From Prevotella sp. (GTDB taxonomy: Bacteria > Bacteroidota > Bacteroidia > Bacteroidales > Dysgonomonadaceae), in NCBI GenBank assembly GCA_031285625.1, contig JAITVV010000036.1, positions 1-64,000 on the forward strand: a stretch of DNA of 64,000 nucleotides, given 5' to 3'. The notes under the pieces are model-generated. The model was not told the DNA's origin, did not search any database, and saw nothing but the letters and a program-made list of their open reading frames with translations. Made by a program: the position numbers and the translations under genes. This document shows, in pieces, positions 56,458-64,000 of the stretch (the first letter of the stretch is position 1; every line of letters starts with the position of its first letter).

Positions 56458-57504
56458 ATGAAAATTACAATAGATGGACATACTATAGAGGTTGACGCTG
56501 GAACTACTGTGTTGGAAGCTGCACGTATGATTGGCGGCGCAAGTGTTCCTCCTACTATGTGCTATTACTCAAAACTGAAGGACTGTGGTGGAAAATGCCG
56601 CTGCTGTCTGGTTGAAATAAGCAAAGGTAGCGAAAGAGATCCTCGTCCGATGCCAAAACTTCAACCGTCATGTGTAACAGCAGTTCAGGATGGTATGGAA
56701 GTAAAAAGCGCTACGTCCGAGAGAGCTTTGGAAGCAAGAAAGGCTGTAACGGAATTTCTGCTTATCAATCACCCGTTGGACTGTCCTGTGTGTGATCAGG
56801 CAGGGGAATGTGATTTGCAAAATCTGGCGTATGGAAATGAAAATTTCAAGTCTCGCTTTATTGAACAAAAAAGAACATTCGAACCTGAAGATATAGGACC
56901 ATACATACAGTTGCATATGAACCGTTGCGTTCTTTGTTACCGTTGTGTGAAACTAGCTGATCAGCTTACTCCCGAACGTGTACACGGGGTAGTTGGCAGA
57001 GGCGATCATGCTCAAATATCTACGTATATCGAACGTGCTATAGATAATGATTTTTCGGGTAATGTAATCGATGTGTGTCCTGTGGGAGCACTTACTGATA
57101 AAACATTCCGTTTCAAATCGCGTGTATGGTTCAACAAACCGTTCAATGCGCACCGTCATTGTACAAAATGTTCTGGCAAAGTTACATTGTGGATGTTCGG
57201 CGACACGGTTCAACGTGTAACTGCACGCAAAGATCAATGGCATGAGGTGGAAGACTTTATCTGTAACGAATGCCGCTTCGAGCATAAAAATGCTGAAGAT
57301 TGGGTGATTGAAGGCCCTCGTAAGTTTGAGAAACCGTCGGTTATCAATGTAAATAATTACACTGAGCCTATCCATAAGGTTAAGATAAATACAGATGATC
57401 TGGTACTGGAAGGACGTGAACAAGACCAGAAGAAAATAAGCATGGCAGCATCTCCTTATGATGCTGAAGAGCTTGAAGCAATTAAGAAAACAAAAGAAGA
57501 ATAA
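56458..57504 (+). CDS. nuoG: NADH-quinone oxidoreductase subunit G, short form
   Basis: CRCCLVE, HPLDCPVCDQAGECDLQ, CVLCYRC and DVCPVGAL motifs; only 348 aa. Confidence 0.92.
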   Translation: MKITIDGHTIEVDAGTTVLEAARMIGGASVPPTMCYYSKLKDCGGKCRCCLVEISKGSERDPRPMPKLQPSCVTAVQDGMEVKSATSERALEARKAVTEFLLINHPLDCPVCDQAGECDLQNLAYGNENFKSRFIEQKRTFEPEDIGPYIQLHMNRCVLCYRCVKLADQLTPERVHGVVGRGDHAQISTYIERAIDNDFSGNVIDVCPVGALTDKTFRFKSRVWFNKPFNAHRHCTKCSGKVTLWMFGDTVQRVTARKDQWHEVEDFICNECRFEHKNAEDWVIEGPRKFEKPSVINVNNYTEPIHKVKINTDDLVLEGREQDQKKISMAASPYDAEELEAIKKTKEE

Positions 57505-57512
57505 ATAAAATA

Positions 57513-58556
57513 ATGGAAGTTGCACTTATTTTAGAGAAATTAATCCTTATTGTTCTTGTATTTGCAGTCACAATGCTTTTTGCATTATATGCTACATATG
57601 CAGAACGTAAAGTAGCCGGTTTTTTGCAAGACCGATTAGGCCCTAACCGTGCAGGTATTTTTGGTTTGTTACAACCTATCTGCGATGGAGCAAAGCTTTT
57701 TTCTAAAGAGGAATTTATGCCGAATACTCCCAACAAGATTCTGTTTGTGGTAGGGCCGGCTGTAGCTATGATTATCTCTTTGCTGGGGGTCGCATTGATT
57801 CCTTGGGGAGCAAAATTTGAAATTCCGGGCTACGGAGATTTCTTACCTTACATTGGAGATGTAAATGTTGCTATCCTTTATATAGTGGCAGTTTTATCTA
57901 CCAGCGTATATGGTATTGTAATCGGAGGATGGGCTTCAAATAATAAATACTCCCTGATGGGTAGTATTCGTGCAGGAGCTCAGATGATCTCTTATGAAAT
58001 AGCAATGGGGCTTTCTCTTATAGCATTGGTGATGATGACAGGCTCACTTAGTCTGCTTGATATAACTGAACAACAAAGTGGCTGGCATGGGATGGAGTGG
58101 AATGTGATTTATCAGCCATTGACATTTATTATTTTCCTCGTATGTTCCTTTGCAGAGTGTAACCGTACTCCGTTTGACCTTGCAGAATGTGAATCAGAAT
58201 TGGTTAACGGTCACCATGTAGAATATTCTTCGTTAGGAATGGGATTCTTTATGTTCTCCGAATATGCAAGTATGTTTTTCTCATCTGCATTTATATCAGT
58301 CCTTTTCTTTGGTGGATATAATTATCCGGGAATAGACTGGGTAACAGAAAACTGGGGAATTAATATAGCTAGTGGATTAGGAGTTTTATCACTTCTTGCT
58401 AAAACAACATTCTTTATCTTCTTCTATATGTGGGTGCGCTGGACAATCCCAAGATTCCGCTACGACCAACTGATGAAACTAGGCTGGAAGATGTTATTTC
58501 CGTTAGCTATAGTAAATATCTTTTTGGTTGGAATTTGTATCCTGATTTTTAAATGA
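57513..58556 (+). CDS. nuoH: NADH-quinone oxidoreductase subunit H
   Basis: ERKVAGFLQDRLGPNR, NRTPFDLAECESEL and PRFRYDQLM motifs. Confidence 0.97.
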   Translation: MEVALILEKLILIVLVFAVTMLFALYATYAERKVAGFLQDRLGPNRAGIFGLLQPICDGAKLFSKEEFMPNTPNKILFVVGPAVAMIISLLGVALIPWGAKFEIPGYGDFLPYIGDVNVAILYIVAVLSTSVYGIVIGGWASNNKYSLMGSIRAGAQMISYEIAMGLSLIALVMMTGSLSLLDITEQQSGWHGMEWNVIYQPLTFIIFLVCSFAECNRTPFDLAECESELVNGHHVEYSSLGMGFFMFSEYASMFFSSAFISVLFFGGYNYPGIDWVTENWGINIASGLGVLSLLAKTTFFIFFYMWVRWTIPRFRYDQLMKLGWKMLFPLAIVNIFLVGICILIFK

Positions 58557-58571
58557 AAATAGTGAATTGAG

Positions 58572-59105
58572 ATGTCAATAGAAAAAATATCATTATCAGG
58601 AAGGAAAACAGAGGTTGTTGATAAAACAATGACATTCTCTGAAAAGATCTACCTGCCTGCTGTGGTGAAAGGGCTTATAATTACAATTAAGCACTTTTTT
58701 AAAAAGAAGGCTACGATTCAGTATCCTGAACAACAACGCGAATTTAGTCCGGTATACCGGGGACAACATGTGTTGATGCGTGACGAACATGGTCGTGAAC
58801 GTTGTACGGCCTGTGGCTTATGTGCTTTGTCTTGCCCTGCTGAAGCCATAACGATGGTAGCAGCCGAACGCAAAAAGGGCGAAGAAGATCTTTATCGTGA
58901 AGAAAAATATGCATCGGTATATGAGATAAATATGCTACGTTGTATATTTTGCGGCTTGTGTGAAGAGGCTTGTCCGAAGGAGGCTATTTTCCTTACTAAA
59001 TCGAAGCTTTTGGTAAAACCAAAACTGGAACGCGAAGACTTTATTTATGGTAAAGACAAACTTGTGATTTCGGTAGAAGATGCCAAAGCCCGTAAATATG
59101 ATTAA
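58572..59105 (+). CDS. nuoI: NADH-quinone oxidoreductase subunit I
   Basis: CTACGLCALSCP and CIFCGLCEEACP motifs. Confidence 0.97.
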   Translation: MSIEKISLSGRKTEVVDKTMTFSEKIYLPAVVKGLIITIKHFFKKKATIQYPEQQREFSPVYRGQHVLMRDEHGRERCTACGLCALSCPAEAITMVAAERKKGEEDLYREEKYASVYEINMLRCIFCGLCEEACPKEAIFLTKSKLLVKPKLEREDFIYGKDKLVISVEDAKARKYD

Positions 59106-59132
59106 AAAGAGATACGAGATAACTAACATAAT

Positions 59133-59636
59133 ATGATTACAATAATTTTTTATATTCTGGCAGCCATTACACTCGGCACAGGGATTTTAACGGTACTCTC
59201 CAAAAATCCGATCCATAGCGCAGTGTATATGATTATCTGTTTTTTCTCCATATCAGGGCATTTCCTTTTGTTGAATGCTTTGTTTCTGGCAGTAATAAAC
59301 ATTGTGGTTTATGCCGGGGCTATTATGGTATTGTTGCTGTTCACACTGATGCTTATGAATCTGAGTGAAAAGCATGAGCCGAAGAAAAAAGTTATAAGCC
59401 GTGTTGCAGCTACTTTATCGGGATGCCTGATGGGAATCGTTTTGCTGGCTGCATTACTGAAATCTACTCCTGTGATAGAAACCTATAAGGCTGAAGGATT
59501 GGATTACCAATCGGTAAGTATTATCGGTCAGGTGCTATTGGATGAGTATTTAGTACCGTTTGAATTTGCATCTATCCTGTTGATAACAGCTATGATTGGT
59601 GCAGTACTGATTTCTAAAAGAGAAAAAAAAGCTTAA
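59133..59636 (+). CDS. nuoJ: NADH-quinone oxidoreductase subunit J
   Basis: NPIHSA, VYAGAIMVL and PFEFASILL motifs. Confidence 0.96.
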   Translation: MITIIFYILAAITLGTGILTVLSKNPIHSAVYMIICFFSISGHFLLLNALFLAVINIVVYAGAIMVLLLFTLMLMNLSEKHEPKKKVISRVAATLSGCLMGIVLLAALLKSTPVIETYKAEGLDYQSVSIIGQVLLDEYLVPFEFASILLITAMIGAVLISKREKKA

Positions 59637-59639
59637 GCT

Positions 59640-59963
59640 ATGCTGAATAATATATTAGAACAAGTAGGAATTGACAATTACATCTACCTCTGCATACTGT
59701 TGTTTTGTGTGGGTGCAATTGGATTATTGTATCGTCGCAGTACGATAGTCATGTTGATGTCGGTAGAACTAATGCTGGCTGCAGCCAATATGTTGTTGGC
59801 AGTTTTCTCTGTGTACCATCAGGATACCAGTGGACAGGTGTTTGTTATTTTTTCGTTGGCGGTAGCTGCTGCTGAGGTTGCTGTAGGATTAGCCATATTA
59901 GTTGCTATATACAGAAATATCGGCACCATAGATATTGATGAATTGAAAAACTTAAAAGGATAA
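59640..59963 (+). CDS. nuoK: NADH-quinone oxidoreductase subunit K
   Basis: MSVELML and AAAEVAVGLA motifs. Confidence 0.96.
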   Translation: MLNNILEQVGIDNYIYLCILLFCVGAIGLLYRRSTIVMLMSVELMLAAANMLLAVFSVYHQDTSGQVFVIFSLAVAAAEVAVGLAILVAIYRNIGTIDIDELKNLKG

Positions 59964-59969
59964 TTTTGG

Positions 59970-61844
59970 ATGGAAACAATATTGGTATTAATACTTTTGC
60001 TTAGTCCGTTTATCGGTTTTTCAATCAACTTGCTGGTTGGTAAAAAATTAACGGGGCGTACACTACCCGGAATTATAGCTACTACTGCGGTAATAATCAG
60101 TTTTGTAATCTCTCTTTACTTTTTCATCCGCATTCTTTCTACAGGAGAGGTTATTCATGTAAGCCTGTTCCAATGGATTGCATTGGGCGAGTTTACTACT
60201 GACCTTGCTTTCACACTTGATCAATTATCATTGATCTGGCTACTGTTTGTAACAGGGATAGGTGCATTGATCCATATCTACTCGATGGGATATATGCATG
60301 ACGATAAAGATATAGATCGTTATTTCTCTTACCTCAATCTGTTTATCTTCTTTATGGCAATATTGGTTGCCGGAAGCAATCTTCTGGTTATGTTTATAGG
60401 ATGGGAGGGTGTTGGACTATGTTCTTATTTGCTGATCGGATTCTGGTCGAGAGATCACAAAAATAACGATGCTGCCAAGAAAGCTTTTATTATGAATCGT
60501 ATTGGTGACTTGGGCTTCCTTATCGGTATCTTCACATTAGGCTATTTATTCAAGACTGTTGATTATGCTTCTTTGAAAGATGTTGTTACCAGTCCTGATC
60601 CGTTGTTAGGAGTAGCTACTTTAGCATTGTTTATAGGTGCAACAGGTAAGAGTGCTCAGATACCTTTATATACATGGTTGCCTGATGCGATGGCAGGGCC
60701 AACTCCGGTTTCGGCACTGATACATGCTGCAACGATGGTTACCGCAGGTATATTTATGGTTACCCGTTTGAATTTTGTATTCGATCTTACTCCGGATATT
60801 CAGACATTGATTGCTATAATAGGAGCTGTTACGGCTCTGTTTGCGGCTACAATTGCTCTGACCCAGACAGATATAAAGAAAGTTTTGGCATATTCTACTG
60901 TATCGCAACTAGGTTTGATGTTTCTTGCATTGGGCTTGGGAGCTTATCATGTAGCGGTATTCCATGTAATTACACATGCTTTCTTCAAGGCTTGTTTATT
61001 CCTTGGTTCGGGTTCGGTTATTCATGCTATGGGTGGCGAACAGGATATGCGCAAGATGGGTGGACTGAAAAGCAAGATGCCAGTAACATTCTGGACATTT
61101 GTTATTTCAACGGCATCCATTGCAGGTATTCCTCCACTGGCAGGTTTCTTCTCTAAGGATGAAATTATGTTGACTGCCTTCGAGCATAGTAAAGTATTGT
61201 GGATTATAGCAGCTTTAGCATCTTTACTAACAGCATTTTATATGTTCCGTCTGTTATACCTTACATTTTTCAAGGAATTCAGGGGAACAGAAGAGCAGAA
61301 GCATCATTTGCATGAGTCTCCAAAGAGCATGACATTGCCACTTGTTGTATTGGCTTTCCTTGCAGCTGTGGGTGGTCTTATCAGTATTCCATTTGGAAAC
61401 CTTAGTTGGCTCAACGGTTATCTGGAACCAATAATTCAGGGCATTGCAGATCATCATCCTGCTACAGGGCAGATGATAACAACGATGGTAATATCTACTG
61501 TGATTGCCATAATCGGTATCGTATTCGCTTATTACAAATATATCAAGAAATCGGAAGTACCTGCCGAGGATGATAAAGTTACAGGATTTACAAAAGTGCT
61601 TTACAGTAAATATTATGTTGATGAAATATACAATACATTATTTGTAAAATCACTTTATGCACTGGCTGCATTTTTTGAAAATGTAGTTGAAAAACTTTTA
61701 AAGAATATATTGAGAAGTTTTGGACTTTTGGTGGAAGCTTTATCTGTTCCTGCCAGAAGGATGCAGAACGGAAGTCTCGGCTTTTACTTATTCTTCTTTG
61801 TATTGGGATTCAGTGCACTAATCATCTGTTTATTTCTTGTATAA
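59970..61844 (+). CDS. nuoL: NADH-quinone oxidoreductase subunit L
   Basis: GWEGVGLCSYLLIGF and GKSAQIPLYTWLPDAMAGPTPVSALIHAATMV motifs. Confidence 0.97.
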   Translation: METILVLILLLSPFIGFSINLLVGKKLTGRTLPGIIATTAVIISFVISLYFFIRILSTGEVIHVSLFQWIALGEFTTDLAFTLDQLSLIWLLFVTGIGALIHIYSMGYMHDDKDIDRYFSYLNLFIFFMAILVAGSNLLVMFIGWEGVGLCSYLLIGFWSRDHKNNDAAKKAFIMNRIGDLGFLIGIFTLGYLFKTVDYASLKDVVTSPDPLLGVATLALFIGATGKSAQIPLYTWLPDAMAGPTPVSALIHAATMVTAGIFMVTRLNFVFDLTPDIQTLIAIIGAVTALFAATIALTQTDIKKVLAYSTVSQLGLMFLALGLGAYHVAVFHVITHAFFKACLFLGSGSVIHAMGGEQDMRKMGGLKSKMPVTFWTFVISTASIAGIPPLAGFFSKDEIMLTAFEHSKVLWIIAALASLLTAFYMFRLLYLTFFKEFRGTEEQKHHLHESPKSMTLPLVVLAFLAAVGGLISIPFGNLSWLNGYLEPIIQGIADHHPATGQMITTMVISTVIAIIGIVFAYYKYIKKSEVPAEDDKVTGFTKVLYSKYYVDEIYNTLFVKSLYALAAFFENVVEKLLKNILRSFGLLVEALSVPARRMQNGSLGFYLFFFVLGFSALIICLFLV

Positions 61845-61860
61845 AAATTATTAAAGGAAC

Positions 61861-63294
61861 ATGAATATCGCTATTATATTAATCATATTATTAGTAGGTG
61901 CAATTCTTACTTATTTTTCAGGAAATAGATTTGCTTCTAAAATTGCCATGCTATTTGGTGTAGCTGCTGCTATCTTCTCTGTTGCATTATGCCTGAAGTA
62001 TGGTGCTGCCGGTGCAAGTTACAGTATCGATTGGATTAGTAATCCTAATATATCGTTCTCTTTGAAGGCAGACGGATTATCAATGGCAATGATATTGCTG
62101 ACAACTATCCTCTTACCTATAATCATACTGGGAACACAATCGCGCGAGTTTAAGAATGAGAAACTCTTATATAGCCTGGTCATGTTTATGACATTTGCTA
62201 TGACAGGCGCATTCCTGAGTAGTGACGCACTTCTCTACTATGTATTCTGGGAAATGTCGCTTATCCCTATTTACTTTATCATTGTACTATGGGGTAACGG
62301 CGAAATAGCTAAAAGACGTAAGGCTGCAATGACATTCTTCCTGTTTACATTTGCAGGGTCATTGTTTATGCTGGCTGCTATTATATATTTATACACAAAG
62401 ACAGGAAGCTTCCAGCTCGAAGCATTCTATAATGCCGATCTGACTCAGACAGAGCAAATATGGATATTCCTGGCATTTTTTCTTGCTTATGCTATCAAGA
62501 TTCCTATTTTCCCGTTCCATACATGGCAGGCGAATGTGTATCAGAAAGCTCCGGCAATCGGTACAATGCTGCTAGCTGGTATCATGTCCAAGATGGGAGC
62601 ATATAGCGTTATTCGCTGGCAGTTGCCTGTAACACCATATGCATCGCAGGAATTGAGGACATTTGTTCTTATATTATGTTCGATTGGGGTAATTTATGGT
62701 GCTATTATGGCATTGCGCCAGAACGACCTGAAAAGGCTGTTGGCTTACGCTTCATTATCGCATGTCGGTTTTGTCGCGGCAGGAGCGTATGCTCTAACTT
62801 ACGATGGATTGCAGGGTGCGGTTGTACTGATACTTGCTCACGGTTTTGGAATCGTGGCTATGTTCTATTCGGCAGATGTTATCCAGACACGTACAAAAAC
62901 ATTAACTATAAGTGAACTGGGAGGTATAAAGGAACATGCTCCTAAATTTTCGGTGGCATTCTTCCTGAGTATCCTTTCTTCAATCGGCATACCGTTGACA
63001 TTTAACTTTATTGGGGAATTTACAATCATGTACGGATTGTATCAGGTAAGTCTCTGGTACGCACTTGCTGTGGGTACTTCATTATTCCTCGGGGCATTTT
63101 TTATGCTCAGAATGTATCAGCATGTAATGTTAGGAGAACCATCTAAAAAATCATTCCGAGACTTATCAAAAACAGAAGTTACTGTTTTTGCACTGATAGT
63201 AGGGGTATTGATATTCTTCGGAGTTTATGTAAAGCCTGTGACAGACCTGGTATCTACCAGCCTGACAGAAATAGTAATGTATATTAACAGATAA
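61861..63294 (+). CDS. nuoM: NADH-quinone oxidoreductase subunit M
   Basis: FWEMSLIP, IKIPIFPFHTW, KMGAY and FIGEF motifs. Confidence 0.96.
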   Translation: MNIAIILIILLVGAILTYFSGNRFASKIAMLFGVAAAIFSVALCLKYGAAGASYSIDWISNPNISFSLKADGLSMAMILLTTILLPIIILGTQSREFKNEKLLYSLVMFMTFAMTGAFLSSDALLYYVFWEMSLIPIYFIIVLWGNGEIAKRRKAAMTFFLFTFAGSLFMLAAIIYLYTKTGSFQLEAFYNADLTQTEQIWIFLAFFLAYAIKIPIFPFHTWQANVYQKAPAIGTMLLAGIMSKMGAYSVIRWQLPVTPYASQELRTFVLILCSIGVIYGAIMALRQNDLKRLLAYASLSHVGFVAAGAYALTYDGLQGAVVLILAHGFGIVAMFYSADVIQTRTKTLTISELGGIKEHAPKFSVAFFLSILSSIGIPLTFNFIGEFTIMYGLYQVSLWYALAVGTSLFLGAFFMLRMYQHVMLGEPSKKSFRDLSKTEVTVFALIVGVLIFFGVYVKPVTDLVSTSLTEIVMYINR

Positions 63295-63314
63295 CAACTA
63301 GTCAAAAATATATA

Positions 63315-64000
63315 ATGAGTACATTGATAGCCATCTCAGCATTAGGTATAATTTGCCTTCTATTAGAGATATTCAATTTAAGAAAAATCCTTATACCGGT
63401 TACGCTTATCGGACTGATAGCCGTGTTGGGATTGACTGTTACGGAGTTTTACTTAGGACAATCTTTCCTTGGCACCGATAAATACAATATGGTGGTATCA
63501 ACAGGATTTTCGCAAGGATTCTCAATTTTGTTTATTATTCTTGCCATCCTCATTATTGCGATGAGCCCTAAGTTTTATCAGGAGAATTTTGTTAAGATTG
63601 CAGACTATGTTGCTCTTAAAGTATTCTTACTGGCGGGTGCTGTTGCCATGGTATCATTCGGAAACTTTGCAATGTTCTTTATAGGATTGGAAGTATTGTC
63701 CATTGCGGGTTATGTTCTTGCAGCCAGTGAACCTAAAAAACTGAAAAGCAACGAAGCCGGAATGAAGTATTTTATTATGGGTGCTTTCGCATCAAGTTTT
63801 ATTTTGTTTGGTATAGCTTTGATATATGGTGCAATTGGTTCGTTCGATAGTGCAACAATTGCTATCGCTTCGGCTGCTCAGGCAAGTTCTTTACCCATCT
63901 GGTTCAGTCTTGGTTTTGTTATGATCACAGTGGGTATGATGTTTAAGGCATCTATAGTGCCGTTCCATTTCTGGGCACCCGATGTATACGAAGGTTCGCC
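63315..64000 (+). CDS. nuoN: NADH-quinone oxidoreductase subunit N (partial, runs off the window)
   Basis: ATG 63315 MSTLIAISALG...; FIGLEVLSI, EAGMKYF and FKASIVPFHFWAPDVYEGS motifs; absent from the ORF track because no stop lies in the window. Confidence 0.95.
   Translation, partial: MSTLIAISALGIICLLLEIFNLRKILIPVTLIGLIAVLGLTVTEFYLGQSFLGTDKYNMVVSTGFSQGFSILFIILAILIIAMSPKFYQENFVKIADYVALKVFLLAGAVAMVSFGNFAMFFIGLEVLSIAGYVLAASEPKKLKSNEAGMKYFIMGAFASSFILFGIALIYGAIGSFDSATIAIASAAQASSLPIWFSLGFVMITVGMMFKASIVPFHFWAPDVYEGS

Noticed and set aside
56953-57525. 190-aa antisense ORF, and the many other short ORFs overlapping assigned genes
   Set aside because: Shadow frames of well-supported genes with no motifs of their own

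Overview
AT-rich Bacteroidales chromosome segment; the protein style, TAnnTTTG promoters and FISUMP/AraC-TPR genes resemble Dysgonomonas, but the taxon is an inference. Most of the window is core genome: secG-lptE-sigma54-type activator, menA, exbB-exbD-exbD-tonB-PstS-like-TPR, SAM-II riboswitch candidate + metK, hemD, cdd, trmD, zapB-like/zapA/rny, ldhA, amidase-MCE-dnaA, and a 14-gene nuoA-N operon cut at the window end. No rRNA, complete tRNA, CRISPR array, integrase or transposase is visible. The most unusual part is the first ~8 kb. A family of ~90-135 bp elements bounded by TCAATGCC...GGCATTGA inverted repeats occurs as a three-unit, ~150 bp-period array in the leader of a gene that runs off the left edge, and once more in the 5' leader of a FISUMP surface-protein gene. 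These lie next to a tandem pair of uncharacterised HTH regulators and a membrane-spanning TPR-AraC regulator. Other notable items: a recurring AGGTC-NNN-GACCT mini-hairpin just upstream of four start codons, an ectoine-type aspartokinase without ect genes, a B1-like metallo-beta-lactamase homologue with two altered metal ligands, an active/inactive transglutaminase-like pair and a short NuoG. All family assignments come from motif recognition by eye, not database searches.
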